A stretch of DNA of 64,000 nt from Candidatus Poriferihabitaceae bacterium (GCA_965223465.1 OZ245025.1:2253900-2317899), one strand, 5' to 3'. Positions 18,318 to 29,132 are shown, numbered from the stretch's first letter. The notes: generated by a model not told the origin, from the sequence alone. A program made the numbers and translations.

Positions 18318-19844
18318 ATGAATAGAAACCAGGGAAAAGCCGCAGATATAGTGCTCGCCACCATAAATGCGCGTTATATCCACACCGCGTTTGGCTTACG
18401 CTACTTAAAGGCAAATTTACATGAATTGGAACAACACTGCGACATTGTCGAGTTCACCTTAGAGCAACGGCCCCTCGATATTGCGGAGCAACTTCTGGCA
18501 CGCCAGCCAAAGATTATTGGCTTAGGGGTGTATATTTGGAATACGTTGCAGTGCGTACAAGTCGCCGCCTTGATTAAGCGGATTTCACCCAAAACCATAT
18601 TGGTATTGGGTGGCCCCGAAGTAAGCTATGAGCAATCGCAACAGGCGATATGCCAGCTGGCGGATTACGTACTGAGTGGGCCAGCTGAGGCTGCGTTTTA
18701 TCACCTGTGCAAAGCCAAACTTCAGGGACAGCGATATACGGCAGCACAATATCCTAATCCTAAACTTGCGCAGCTAAAGTTTCCCTACTATTTATATTCA
18801 AATACGGATATCACGCACCGAGTGATTTATGTCGAGGCGTCACGTGGTTGTCCGTTTAAGTGCGAGTTCTGTTTATCCGCATTGGATAAAACCGCCAAAG
18901 CCTTTCCTCTGCAACCATTTCTTGTAGAACTGGATAAGCTTTATCAACGTGGTGCCAGACAGTTTAAATTTGTTGATCGAACCTTTAATTTGAGCAGCAA
19001 AGTCAGCGTTCCGATCATGCAGTTTTTCTTGGAGAGAATGAGCGATGCATTATTCGTCCATTTCGAAGTGATCCCTGATCGTTTACCCTCGGCTTTGAAA
19101 ACCGTGATCGAGCAATTTCCACCCGGCAGCCTGCAATTTGAGGTCGGTGTGCAAACGTTAAATCCAGATGTGCAACGCATTATTCAACGTCGCCAAAACA
19201 AGCAAAAAACTCAAAAAAACCTTGCATGGCTCTGCCAACAAAGCAATGCGCATGTTCACGCGGATTTGATCTTTGGTTTACCGGGCGAGACTATCGTTAG
19301 TATTGCCCAGAGCTTTGATCAGTTAGTGGTACTTCAACCCGATGAAATTCAGCTGGGCATGCTAAAACGCCTGCGCGGTATGCCGATGACTGAGCAGGAA
19401 AATCAATACCAACTTGTGTTCAACCCCAATCCGCCCTACGATATCTTGTCTACCAAGGATATCGATTTTGCCAATATGCAAAAACTAAGACGCATGGCAC
19501 GGTACTGGGACTTAATCGCTAACAGCGGACGCTTTAAAACCAGCCTAGGAACAATTCTCGGTCATGCCCCTTTCGAGCGGTTTATGCAGCTTAGCGAGTG
19601 GCTACATCACACCACCGGTCAAACCCACAAAATCAGCCTTAAGCGTATGTTTGATTTACTGTTTCAAGCGCTCACCGAACGCTTTGCTATCGATTCCACC
19701 TGGGCAACCCAACTGCTAAGCCGAGATTTTGAGCGCAGCGGTATAAAAGGCTTACCGCAGTGCCTGGCTGCAAACAAGCCTCAGACCCGCACTGCCCAAC
19801 CCAAGCGATCAGGCTACAAACGCCAAAACACGCATCTGAACTAG
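18318..19844 (+). CDS. B12-binding-domain radical SAM protein (DUF4080-type C-terminus)
   Basis: 508 aa. An N-terminal B12-binding-like region is followed by the radical SAM motif ASRGCPFKCEFC. Confidence 0.7.
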   Translation: MNRNQGKAADIVLATINARYIHTAFGLRYLKANLHELEQHCDIVEFTLEQRPLDIAEQLLARQPKIIGLGVYIWNTLQCVQVAALIKRISPKTILVLGGPEVSYEQSQQAICQLADYVLSGPAEAAFYHLCKAKLQGQRYTAAQYPNPKLAQLKFPYYLYSNTDITHRVIYVEASRGCPFKCEFCLSALDKTAKAFPLQPFLVELDKLYQRGARQFKFVDRTFNLSSKVSVPIMQFFLERMSDALFVHFEVIPDRLPSALKTVIEQFPPGSLQFEVGVQTLNPDVQRIIQRRQNKQKTQKNLAWLCQQSNAHVHADLIFGLPGETIVSIAQSFDQLVVLQPDEIQLGMLKRLRGMPMTEQENQYQLVFNPNPPYDILSTKDIDFANMQKLRRMARYWDLIANSGRFKTSLGTILGHAPFERFMQLSEWLHHTTGQTHKISLKRMFDLLFQALTERFAIDSTWATQLLSRDFERSGIKGLPQCLAANKPQTRTAQPKRSGYKRQNTHLN

Positions 19845-19864
19845 ATCATTCACCCAATGATTAA

Positions 19865-22800
19865 TTATCGTGTCGCTTCAAACGCTTGCCAGGCTTGGTC
19901 CAGTCGTTTTGGTGAAACAGGTATGGGTGGCTTAACTTTGGGCGCAAACAAAGAAACGCGGTAGGCTTCAACCATCCAGCGATAATGATCCAAAGCCGCG
20001 TTGTCTGGATGCGCCTCCCAGCTTTGCAAATAACGCGACCAATAGGGCTCTAGCAAAACAAGCTTTTTCTCGTCCCCTTGCGGATCATAACGAAGCCGCT
20101 CAATTCGCGCTGCCAGTGCCTTAAAATATACTGGGTAAACAAGCACCGTCTCAAGCGGTACTTCCAGCAGAAAATCTTCGTAGATTAGATAGTTCAGCTG
20201 TACCTGAATATCTTCCTGGCTGGGTGTGGACAGCCCTTCAATCAGACCAAGACATTGCCCATACGCGTTTAAAGCCAGCTGCAGCGCCTGACACACTGGC
20301 TCCACTTCGCCACTGAAATGCTGTTCGGTGTAAACCAGGGCACGCTCAAACTGTTGTTTAGTTTGAATGACTGGTTCGGCGGCAAACATCAGGCCTTGGA
20401 TAAGCGCATCGAGCAGGGCAGCGCGTAAACCATCTTGGGAGCCTATCGCGCTATAACGCAAACTAATTTCCTGCCAATAAGGCAGGGGGCGTTTGACCAA
20501 ACTTTTGCCAAAACGCGAGCCAAAACGCGCTAATCGAGTAACGCCCATCTTGTGCGCATACTGGGCCTCAATTGGATCGTCGAATAGCTGTATGTTGACC
20601 GTATCACCGGCATCTACCAGTGCTGGATAGGCTTGGGTTTCAAGACCATGCGTATTCACCACCACGTTCACGGGCAAATCATCAAAATGCCAATCGGTTA
20701 AGCCTTGTTGTTGCCAGGTATGGTCTGTCTCAGCGATGGTATTGCTTGCCTGATCACCAAATTCATCCTGTAAATCACTTAGCTTATCTGCACGTGCTAG
20801 CTCATCACCTTGTTCGTCCAACAACACCAGCTTCATGTTTAAGTGCTCCGGCAGCGTGGCAGGGTTAAAGTGTGCAGGGACAACTTTCAGCCCACTTTGT
20901 GCATGAAGTGCATCAGCCAGTGCCGCTAATAAAGGTCGCGTATCTTCTCTTACAATCGGTTTGACATGGTCGATGGTCTCAGCCAAAGGCGCCAGTTGCT
21001 TACGGATGTTTTTTGGTAAGCTGCGCACCAGGAGTTCTATTTTCTCTCCGAGATAACCCGGCACCAGCCGGTCAAAATCTGCCTGACTAAGCTGGTTAAG
21101 TAATGGCAGGGGAACGCTCGCAGACACACCGTCATGCGCCTCTCCGGGTGCAAATTGATAATCCAATGCGAGCTTGTGTTTACCCGTCTTAAGCACATCG
21201 GGCAAATCATCACGCGCCTGTATCTCTCTTTTGAGCAAGGTTTCCTGACGTACAAATAAAGCATTATGTTGTTCAGTTGAAAGAGACCTCAGCCATTTTT
21301 TTAATCCCGCTTCACTGTTTACCCACTCGGGAATTTGCGCACCATAAAAACGCACCAACACTTCGTCTGAAACCAAAATATCATGCCGACGTATTTTATG
21401 CTCCAGCGTCACGACTTCGTCGATACGGGCCAGATTGTGCGTTACAAAATCAAAGGGTTGATTGAGCTCACCCGGCACCAACGCATCCCGAATAAATATC
21501 GCATGCGCTTCTTCAGGATCAATTTCACCGTAAGGACGGCGGCGACCGCTAAATATCGGCAAGTTAAGAAAGTAACCGCGCTGATAGGCCATAACTTGCC
21601 CGGCTTTTTGTGACCAATATGGCGCCGAATATTCGTGCCGAATCAAGTTATCCGCGAGTTGCTCGATCCAACTCACCTTGACCGGGGCAACCGTGCGCGC
21701 AAACAACTGGCTGGTCTCCACCATTTCTGCTGCCATAATCCATTTAGGTGCATTTTTAGCCAGGGCTGAGCCTGGGAATATAGCAAGTTGTTTACCGTAG
21801 GTTCCGGTATATTGGTTCTTTTCCCCCTTCATGGCGATTTGATCAAGCAAGCCACTAAGCAGGGCGCGATACACCACATCTTGGTCTGCCGGCTGTGAGT
21901 TTATTTTTCCTTTCAAACTACTGGCATCTTGTCGTAGCCGTCGCACCAAATCTCGCCATTCCCACATACGCGCGGGCGCCAAAAAGTTGCGTTGGCACCA
22001 AGCGCTTAATTGTTTACGGCTCAGTGCTGCGCGTTGCGCTTGAAAGGATTGGTATAGATTGATCAACGCAAAAAAGTCACAACCACCTTTGGCCTGTTCC
22101 AGATGGTGCTGACGCGCGGCTTGCATGGTATCATGAGGTACTAATCTAGGGTCGGGAATTTCTAAACTGGCCGCTAGGATGGTCATTTCTGCCAGGCAGT
22201 TTTCATCCCGCGCAGCAGCATACAACATGCACCCAATACGCGGATCTACATTCAGCTTTGCCAGTGCAATACCAATGGGGGTTAGTCCCTGATCATCGTC
22301 CAGCGCACCCAGAATCTTAAGTTCCTGGCGCGCTGCATTCCATTGTTTGCGTTCCGGTGGGTCAATAAATGGAAATGCTTCTGGTTCACCGAGTCGGCGA
22401 AACTTCAAAGCAAGTACCACCCCAGTTAAAGCAGTACGCAAAATTTCCGGTGCGGTGTAATCCTCTCTGGAGGCGAAATCCTCTTCACTATACAAGCGTA
22501 CGCAAATACCATTTTTCACCCGACCACAGCGCCCTTTGCGTTGATCCGCCGCCGCCTTGGAGATACGCTCGATCGGCAAGGTATTGACCCTACGCCCTGG
22601 ACTATAACGACTTACACGTGCCAAACCCGTATCAATTACATAATCAATACCAGGCAGGGTAAGCGAGGTTTCTGCAACATTGGTTGACAGGATAATGCGC
22701 GTTGCATGCGCCGGGCGAAACAGTTTTACTTGATCCTTGGCCGGTAATCTGGCGTAAAGCGGCAGCACTTCAATCCCGGGTTTAAGCCGACGCTGTAGAA

Positions 22801-23707
22801 ATTTTTGTGCCTCGCGAATTTCACGCTCACCGGGCAAAAAAACCAGGGTGTGGCCTGGGCGTTTTTTAAACAATGAATCGATGGCGTCCAAAATCGCCTG
22901 ATTAGTTTGCCGATCACTGCGTGATTTTTCATCTTCAGGCGCCTGGTAGCGAACCTCAACCGGATAAGTACGGCCGGACACATTGACAATGGGTGCATCA
23001 TTAAAATGCTTGGAGAATTTATCGGTGTCGATGGTCGCCGAGGTAATGATCAGTTTTAGATCCTTGCGCTTGGCTAACAGTTGCTTTAAGAACCCCAGTA
23101 AAAAATCAATATTTAATGAGCGTTCATGGGCTTCATCAACGATGATAGTGTCGTACTGATTCAGAAAACGATCACGTTGTGCCTCGGCGAGTAGCATGCC
23201 GTCGGTGAGTACCCGGATATAGTCCTGCTGGCTTATTTTTTCATCAAAACGTACCCGATAACCCACCCCGGACCCTAGCTGAACCACAAGCTCTTGTGCC
23301 AAACGATTGGCAATTGCACGCGTGGCGATGCGCCGTGGCTGGGTATGCGCAATTTGGCCGTATACACCCTGCCCGGCGGCAAGACATAATTTGGGAATTT
23401 GAGTGCTTTTGCCTGAGCCGGTTTCCCCAGCAACAATCAATATCTGGTGCTGTTGGATACGTTCGACCAATTCATCCGCGCGTGCAGTGACCGGCAGCGC
23501 TTCTGGGTAGTAAATCTTTGGTAACAACTGGCGACGCTTTTGAACCGCTTGAATGGATGCGCTGATTTTTTCTACCAGAGCGTCGCGCGCCGATGGTGAT
23601 TTGGCTTGGCTTAGCTGGCGCCGAAACCCGTGCCGATCAATGGTTCGGCATTGCTCAATGGCTTTGACAGAAAACCTCATAGAGCGGCACACATTATCAA
23701 AACACAA
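19865..23707 (-). CDS. hrpA: ATP-dependent RNA helicase HrpA (DEAH box)
   Basis: 1280 aa with GETGSGKSTQIP, DEAHERS, SATID and QRKGRCGR motifs. The start may instead be the Met 9 codons downstream. Confidence 0.95.
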   Translation of the reverse strand: MCFDNVCRSMRFSVKAIEQCRTIDRHGFRRQLSQAKSPSARDALVEKISASIQAVQKRRQLLPKIYYPEALPVTARADELVERIQQHQILIVAGETGSGKSTQIPKLCLAAGQGVYGQIAHTQPRRIATRAIANRLAQELVVQLGSGVGYRVRFDEKISQQDYIRVLTDGMLLAEAQRDRFLNQYDTIIVDEAHERSLNIDFLLGFLKQLLAKRKDLKLIITSATIDTDKFSKHFNDAPIVNVSGRTYPVEVRYQAPEDEKSRSDRQTNQAILDAIDSLFKKRPGHTLVFLPGEREIREAQKFLQRRLKPGIEVLPLYARLPAKDQVKLFRPAHATRIILSTNVAETSLTLPGIDYVIDTGLARVSRYSPGRRVNTLPIERISKAAADQRKGRCGRVKNGICVRLYSEEDFASREDYTAPEILRTALTGVVLALKFRRLGEPEAFPFIDPPERKQWNAARQELKILGALDDDQGLTPIGIALAKLNVDPRIGCMLYAAARDENCLAEMTILAASLEIPDPRLVPHDTMQAARQHHLEQAKGGCDFFALINLYQSFQAQRAALSRKQLSAWCQRNFLAPARMWEWRDLVRRLRQDASSLKGKINSQPADQDVVYRALLSGLLDQIAMKGEKNQYTGTYGKQLAIFPGSALAKNAPKWIMAAEMVETSQLFARTVAPVKVSWIEQLADNLIRHEYSAPYWSQKAGQVMAYQRGYFLNLPIFSGRRRPYGEIDPEEAHAIFIRDALVPGELNQPFDFVTHNLARIDEVVTLEHKIRRHDILVSDEVLVRFYGAQIPEWVNSEAGLKKWLRSLSTEQHNALFVRQETLLKREIQARDDLPDVLKTGKHKLALDYQFAPGEAHDGVSASVPLPLLNQLSQADFDRLVPGYLGEKIELLVRSLPKNIRKQLAPLAETIDHVKPIVREDTRPLLAALADALHAQSGLKVVPAHFNPATLPEHLNMKLVLLDEQGDELARADKLSDLQDEFGDQASNTIAETDHTWQQQGLTDWHFDDLPVNVVVNTHGLETQAYPALVDAGDTVNIQLFDDPIEAQYAHKMGVTRLARFGSRFGKSLVKRPLPYWQEISLRYSAIGSQDGLRAALLDALIQGLMFAAEPVIQTKQQFERALVYTEQHFSGEVEPVCQALQLALNAYGQCLGLIEGLSTPSQEDIQVQLNYLIYEDFLLEVPLETVLVYPVYFKALAARIERLRYDPQGDEKKLVLLEPYWSRYLQSWEAHPDNAALDHYRWMVEAYRVSLFAPKVKPPIPVSPKRLDQAWQAFEATR

Positions 23708-23770
23708 ACGCCCACCAATGGTGGGCGTCTACGCTCACTGCACTTACAGGCAGCGCAAAACAAACGGGCC

Positions 23771-24346
23771 TTACTCCACAATTTCGGCTTTATTGAGCAC
23801 CACATCTTCTTTGGGTACATCCTGATGCATACCTGCGCTACCCGTCTCTACTTGGCCCATCGCATCCACCACATCCTGGCCTTCAATTACTTTACCAAAT
23901 ACGGCATAACCCCAGCCTTGCGCATTTTTCGCGGTATGGTTTAAAAAATCGTTATTGGTTAAATTGATAAAAAACTGCGAGGTGGCGGAATGTGGATCGT
24001 TGGTGCGTGCCATCGCAATGGTCCCTTTATTGTTTTTCAGGCCATTATCCGCTTCATTTTCAATCGGAGATAAATTTGGACGCTCTTTCAAACCCGGTTC
24101 CATGCCGCCGCCCTGAACCATAAATCCGGAAATAATCCGATGGAAAATAAGGCCATCATAGTGACCGTTTTTCACATAGTTAACAAAATTCTCAACTGTC
24201 ACTGGCGCTTTTTCGGCATCTAGTTCAAGCAGTATATCGCCCATACTGGTGCTGAATTTAACTTTTGGGTTCATTGCGTTCTCCGCGTAAATGTTAATAG
24301 AAAGTAGGCTTAGGAAAATAAGCGTGAATAAGGTTTTAAATCGCAT
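23771..24346 (-). CDS. ppiA: Periplasmic cyclophilin-type peptidyl-prolyl isomerase
   Basis: 191 aa; signal peptide plus [14 protein letters not shown] and SQFFINL motifs. Confidence 0.9.
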   Translation of the reverse strand: MRFKTLFTLIFLSLLSINIYAENAMNPKVKFSTSMGDILLELDAEKAPVTVENFVNYVKNGHYDGLIFHRIISGFMVQGGGMEPGLKERPNLSPIENEADNGLKNNKGTIAMARTNDPHSATSQFFINLTNNDFLNHTAKNAQGWGYAVFGKVIEGQDVVDAMGQVETGSAGMHQDVPKEDVVLNKAEIVE

Positions 24347-24361
24347 ATTATTTATCTCGTG

Positions 24362-24952
24362 TTAGCGTTGCTCAAACAACCGGGCCCGCTTATCAGTCAC
24401 AACCCCCTGCAAAGAAATATCCCATATTGCCGGCACGATTTGATCCACACGTTGAAACTCGTGCGCCAACCCGATCAATGTCGGGCGCTGATGATACGGT
24501 CGCTGATGTTTAAAAGCCAGTGTTCGATCATAAAAACCCCCACCCATGCCGAGGCGATTGCCCTTTGCATCAAAGGCCACCAACGGCATTAAAATTAAAT
24601 CAAGCAAATGCGCTTGTAATACTTGTTCTTGGTCAACTACCGGCTCAGGAATATTGAAACGATTTCTAGTAAACCTGCTATCCGGTGTGACCAATGCAAA
24701 CAGCATCGATTCGTCGTTACCCCGAACGATTGGTAAATAACAAAGTTTTGCCTGCTCCCAGGCCCAGCTTAAAAATTCGGCGGGATCAATTTCACCGTCA
24801 TTGACAATGTACAGTCCGATGCGTTCGGCCTGCTGGACCAAGTCCAACGCTTGCAAATGTTGGTTTAGTTTCTGCGCCGCACTGGCTCGCGCTTCTGCAC
24901 TCAGTGCACGGCGTTGTTGTCGAATGCGATTACGCAGATGATGCTGATCCAT
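24362..24952 (-). CDS. ygfA: 5-formyltetrahydrofolate cyclo-ligase
   Basis: 196 aa; DLILMPLVAFDAKGNRLGMGGGFYDRTL is the family motif. Confidence 0.85.
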   Translation of the reverse strand: MDQHHLRNRIRQQRRALSAEARASAAQKLNQHLQALDLVQQAERIGLYIVNDGEIDPAEFLSWAWEQAKLCYLPIVRGNDESMLFALVTPDSRFTRNRFNIPEPVVDQEQVLQAHLLDLILMPLVAFDAKGNRLGMGGGFYDRTLAFKHQRPYHQRPTLIGLAHEFQRVDQIVPAIWDISLQGVVTDKRARLFEQR

Positions 24953-25134
24953 TTGCGATGATATTACCAGCTAAGTAGTGAGGGTTAGCTTGCGAAATGT
25001 CGTATAGCAATTTAAGTGTCAAAACCATATTACCAAGTGAAATTAAGTTTAGCAAAAGGTAGCGCGACGTTGATCAACGCATTATTGATGGAATCTGATC
25101 TCGCGAGAGACCATGGTCGAAGACATGCAAGCTA

Positions 25135-25320
25135 ATTTGTCTTCAAAAGTTTGATTGATAAAGCGTTACCCGCCTGTGCCGTGGCTAATCTGGACCTTGA
25201 ACCTGGAGGTTCAAGTGGGAGCGCCGGCATTGGTTTGGGCTTTCCGCTGACAAACAGTAAGGTACTTTTGCCACGGACATGCTCACCCCCTCCGCAATCA
25301 CTGCTCCCGAGATATGCATT
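25135..25320 (-). ncRNA. ssrS: Probable 6S RNA (ssrS); ends approximate
   Basis: The minus strand contains GGUGAGCAUG and, downstream, CACUUGAACCUCCAGGUUCAAGG. These parallel the E. coli 6S elements GGUGAGCAUG and CACCUUGAACCAAGGGUUCAAGG as I recall them. Long-range pairings are present (UGAUUG/CAAUCA, CCGUGGC/GCCACGG). It lies immediately upstream of ygfA on the same strand, which is the conserved ssrS-ygfA arrangement. Confidence 0.55.
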
Positions 25321-25447
25321 AGGTTCTAAGGGATATAGATTCGCTCACGCACACCGCAGGTAACGTCACGCAATTGTAGCAAATAAAAGGTCTATTCGGC
25401 TAAATAGCGCAAAATTTTGTTCACAACCAAGTGGTTTTGCTAAACTT

Positions 25448-26461
25448 GTGGGTATGTTATTGGATCAACTTCAACGCCCCATCCGCGATTTACGTATTTC
25501 GGTTACCGATCGCTGCAATTTTCGCTGCGGTTACTGTATGCCTATCGATAAGTATGGGCGACACCACCAGTTTCTAAAGCGCAAGGCTTTACTAACTTTT
25601 GAAGAAATAGAATCTATCGCTCGCGTCTTCATTTCGCTTGGTGTGGTTAAAATACGCCTGACCGGGGGAGAGCCACTGGTGCGCAGTGATCTTGAATCGC
25701 TGGTAAGTCGACTGGCACAGCTGGAGGGTCTCAGAGATCTAAGCCTCACCACTAACGCCTCATTACTCTCTGCCAAACGTGCTGATGCATTACGCAAAGC
25801 CGGTATAGCGCGCATCAACATCAGTCTGGATGCGCTCGATGACAAGACGTTCGGACGCCTGAATGGGATCGGCTATCCAGTCAAAGATGTACTGGCCGGC
25901 GTCGAAAACGCACGCCGCGCAGGCTTTGAGCAAGTTAAGGTGAATATGGTGGTACAAAAAGGAAAAAACGAAGCCTCCATTTTACCCATGGTCGATTATT
26001 TTATTGGGCGCGGAGTCATCTTGCGTTTTATCGAATTTATGGATGTCGGTAATAGCAATGATTGGTCTGTTGAAGATGTATTTACTTCCCAGGAAATTAA
26101 AGATCTCATTGAAACCCGCTATCGGATTGCGCCAATGGATGCAAATTATCGAGGTGAGGTGGCCAAACGTTGGCAACTTGTGGATGAACCCCTAGAGCTT
26201 GGATTAATTTCCTCCGTAACCGAACCTTTTTGTGGTGATTGCTCACGCGCACGCCTATCTGCCATCGGGGAAGTCTATACCTGCTTATTCTCTGCTAAAG
26301 GCTATGATTTACGTGCCATTATTCGTGACCCCGAAGCGGGGCAACCCTTAGATGAGGCTATTGGAAAGCTCTGGAACCAACGCTCGGATCGCTATTCCGA
26401 GTTACGTACCGAAATCGGCCCAGAAGTTGAAAAAGTAGAAATGTCCTATATTGGCGGCTAA
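25448..26461 (+). CDS. moaA: GTP 3',8-cyclase (molybdenum cofactor biosynthesis protein A)
   Basis: 337 aa; LRISVTDRCNFRCGYCMP radical SAM motif and the C-terminal CGDCSRARLSAIGEVYTCLF cluster. The start is either GTG 25448 or ATG 25454. Confidence 0.92.
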   Translation: MGMLLDQLQRPIRDLRISVTDRCNFRCGYCMPIDKYGRHHQFLKRKALLTFEEIESIARVFISLGVVKIRLTGGEPLVRSDLESLVSRLAQLEGLRDLSLTTNASLLSAKRADALRKAGIARINISLDALDDKTFGRLNGIGYPVKDVLAGVENARRAGFEQVKVNMVVQKGKNEASILPMVDYFIGRGVILRFIEFMDVGNSNDWSVEDVFTSQEIKDLIETRYRIAPMDANYRGEVAKRWQLVDEPLELGLISSVTEPFCGDCSRARLSAIGEVYTCLFSAKGYDLRAIIRDPEAGQPLDEAIGKLWNQRSDRYSELRTEIGPEVEKVEMSYIGG

Positions 26462-26475
26462 GGCCAAGCCAGTGA

Positions 26476-26748
26476 TTAGCAGTGGGCGAAAGCAGTATAA
26501 CCCCCAATATTATGCGCCTCATAACCCGCCTGCGCTAAATAACGCTGGGCCAACTCACTGCGCGCACCTGAGCGACAATATAATAGAACAGGTTTATTTT
26601 TTGGTAATTGCTCGAGAATGGCTGGTATTCCATTGAGTGGAATATTTTGCGCCCCAGGAATCGCGCCAGCAGCATACTCGCGCGGCGTGCGCACATCTAT
26701 GAGTGCACCACCTTCATCCAGGATTTTTTTAATTTGTGTACAAGGCAT
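26476..26748 (-). CDS. Single-domain rhodanese-like sulfurtransferase
   Basis: 90 aa with the active-site loop YCRSGARS. Confidence 0.8.
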   Translation of the reverse strand: MPCTQIKKILDEGGALIDVRTPREYAAGAIPGAQNIPLNGIPAILEQLPKNKPVLLYCRSGARSELAQRYLAQAGYEAHNIGGYTAFAHC

Positions 26749-26828
26749 AGCCGTTATATTAGTAATTAATAATATGCAATTATAGTTGTTCTTGCTAGAA
26801 ATGCAAGATGGGCAGAAGCAATTTTAAT

Positions 26829-27602
26829 TTAGCTTCTCAGCCCATAACCTTTTGAAATGAGGCGTAAATTAACCGCAAACAGTACGATGATGAAAAACAA
26901 AATGGTGAGATAAGAAGTCCAAAGTGGAATATCGGAAACCCCTAGAAAGCCATAACGAAATGCGTTAATCATATACAGCACAGGGTTAATTTGAGAGACC
27001 GTTTGCCAAAATTGCGGTAATAATTTGATGGAATAAAAAACGCCACCCAGGTAGGTCAACGGGGTTAACACAAAGGTAGGAATGATCGAAATATCATCAA
27101 ATTTTTTTGCCAACAAGGCGTTGGTAAATCCACCTAATGAAAATAAAATCGACGTTAAAATGATGGTACTACACAACACGCTCAAGTTATAGATTTGCAA
27201 TTTACTGAAAAATAACGACACGAGTGTGACCACGACACCTACCGAAATTCCGCGCGCCACACCGCCGGTAATATAGCCGAGCAAAATGGTCGTATCGGCG
27301 GTCGGGGAAACCAGCAGTTCTTCCACCGATCGCTGAAACTTGGAGCTAAAAAAAGAAGACGCGACATTTGCATAGCTATTGGTAATCACCGACATCAATA
27401 TCAGGCCCGGCACAATAAAATTAATATAGCTAAAGCCATCCATCTCACCAATTCGTGGCCCAATTAAATTTCCGAAAATGACAAAATACAAAGTAGTGGT
27501 AATCACCGGCGGGATAATTGTTTGCTGCCAAATGCGGGTGAAACGTATCACCTCTTTGACGGCTATCGTTCTAAATGCGATCCAATTCAGGTACCGATTC
27601 AT
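26829..27602 (-). CDS. ABC-2 type transporter permease (YadH-like)
   Basis: 257 aa and multi-TM. Overlaps the upstream ATPase gene by 4 nt. Confidence 0.8.
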   Translation of the reverse strand: MNRYLNWIAFRTIAVKEVIRFTRIWQQTIIPPVITTTLYFVIFGNLIGPRIGEMDGFSYINFIVPGLILMSVITNSYANVASSFFSSKFQRSVEELLVSPTADTTILLGYITGGVARGISVGVVVTLVSLFFSKLQIYNLSVLCSTIILTSILFSLGGFTNALLAKKFDDISIIPTFVLTPLTYLGGVFYSIKLLPQFWQTVSQINPVLYMINAFRYGFLGVSDIPLWTSYLTILFFIIVLFAVNLRLISKGYGLRS

Positions 27603-28534
27603 TCGTTAGGCCCCTGCTGGTCAGCATGGGTCTCGACTAAGTCCATAAATAATTGTTCAAGGCGATTGGTTTTATTGCGCATGCTGACCACCTTAATGCC
27701 CTTTTCTTTTAACTGAATAAATGTTTCATTAAGTGCCTGGCCCTTGGGAACATCGATTTCAATACTGCCGTCATCGCGTTGGCGCCAGCCACGTTCCTGG
27801 CTAAGATCAATGCCCGCTGCGGTATCGACATCCAGTACATAACTTTCCTTTTGAAGACCGCGCAATAAGCTGCGCATACTCGAATCATGCACCACATGAC
27901 CTTTGTCTATGATAGCTATGTTACGACACAGGTTTTCGGCCTCTTCAAGATAGTGCGTGGTCAACACAATAGTCGTGCCTTCGGCGTTAATTCGTTTAAG
28001 GAAATCCCACATGCTGCGCCGTAACTCAATATCCACACCCGCGGTTGGTTCATCCAGAATAAGTATCTTGGGATGATGAATCAAGGCCCGCGCGATCATC
28101 AGGCGTCGCTTTTGTCCACCTGAAAGCGTACGAGAGACTGCATTTCGCTTTTCCCATAAGCCCAGCTGACGTAAAAAATGTTCCGCCCGCTCAGCAGCTA
28201 TACTCGGTTCAAGACCATAGTAACCCGCTTGCTGCTGTACGATCTGCCAGGTTTTTTCAAACACACTGAAATTAAATTCCTGCGGAACCACGCCAAGGTA
28301 TGACTTTGCCTTTGGAAAATCGACATCAATATCCGCGTCAAAAATTTTGACGCTTCCTGCCGTTTTATTCACCAATGAACAGAGTATTCCGATAGTGGTT
28401 GATTTGCCCGCTCCATTGGGGCCAAGTAAGGCGAAAAAGTCGCCCGCTTCAACACTGAGATCAATCCCTTTTAGCGCCTCAAACCCGTCCGCGTAGGTTT
28501 TCCGCAAGTGGGTAATTTCAATCGCTTTGGTCAT
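27599..28534 (-). CDS. ABC transporter ATP-binding protein (YadG-like)
   Basis: Walker A GPNGAGKST, signature LSGGQKRR, Walker B ILILDEPT. Confidence 0.9.
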   Translation of the reverse strand: MTKAIEITHLRKTYADGFEALKGIDLSVEAGDFFALLGPNGAGKSTTIGILCSLVNKTAGSVKIFDADIDVDFPKAKSYLGVVPQEFNFSVFEKTWQIVQQQAGYYGLEPSIAAERAEHFLRQLGLWEKRNAVSRTLSGGQKRRLMIARALIHHPKILILDEPTAGVDIELRRSMWDFLKRINAEGTTIVLTTHYLEEAENLCRNIAIIDKGHVVHDSSMRSLLRGLQKESYVLDVDTAAGIDLSQERGWRQRDDGSIEIDVPKGQALNETFIQLKEKGIKVVSMRNKTNRLEQLFMDLVETHADQQGPNE

Positions 28535-28608
28535 TTTTTATAAGCACGTATAAACCGTTTGTGATGCGGTCAGGTTTTAAAATTTAAAGATAGTGATCCG
28601 CGCCCCAC

Positions 28609-29124
28609 TTAGGCGTCAACCTTAAATAGGGGTTCCCAGGCTGCACATTTTTGCTCAAAGTTCATGCGCGCGTTAGCCGGGCTGGTGGAAGGTAGGTAAT
28701 GAATGGCCACATTATCAGCATCAAACCGAGGCAAACAGTGACGTTTAAACAAACCCGCCGCAGCGCCACCATTCAGACCAATAGCTCGGATACTTGGGTG
28801 TTTTTCAATCAAGTCAGCAACCGGATTGATTTTCTCACTGCCTTTTACAATGGCGCTATCCAAGCTCCCCAGACGTTCGCATTGGCCGATGACATCCCAT
28901 ATCGCAATTCCGTTTTGCGTAACTTTGGCAACGTTGTTAGCGTATTCCGCGTGCAGCTTAAAACTTAGCAAGCGCGCCAACAACGGCCAAAACACATTGC
29001 GCGGATGTGCATAGTATTGTTGTTTGTCTAGAGAGACAACGCTTGGCATCGAACCCAGTAACAGTATTCTTGGCCGGGCGCCAATCAGAGGTGCTAGCCC
29101 GTTGAGTACGCCCAACTGCTTCAC
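28609..29124 (-). CDS. DNA-deoxyinosine (hypoxanthine) glycosylase, UDG superfamily
   Basis: 171 aa; RILLLGSMPSVVSLDKQQYYAHPRNVFWPLL and LPSTSPANA motifs. Confidence 0.65.
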   Translation of the reverse strand: MKQLGVLNGLAPLIGARPRILLLGSMPSVVSLDKQQYYAHPRNVFWPLLARLLSFKLHAEYANNVAKVTQNGIAIWDVIGQCERLGSLDSAIVKGSEKINPVADLIEKHPSIRAIGLNGGAAAGLFKRHCLPRFDADNVAIHYLPSTSPANARMNFEQKCAAWEPLFKVDA

Positions 29125-29132
29125 CCGCAGGT

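Noticed and set aside
25151-25447. Possible Moco riboswitch upstream of moaA on the plus strand (CCCTCCG / CCCGAGAT strings), and the 70-aa ORF at 25151-25363
   Set aside because: The conserved-looking strings lie 130-300 nt from the moaA start. Nothing resembling the riboswitch 3' part (an AAAGGA-type segment overlapping the RBS) precedes moaA. The same bases are better explained as 6S RNA on the minus strand, given the ygfA synteny. A cmsearch with RF01055 would settle it.
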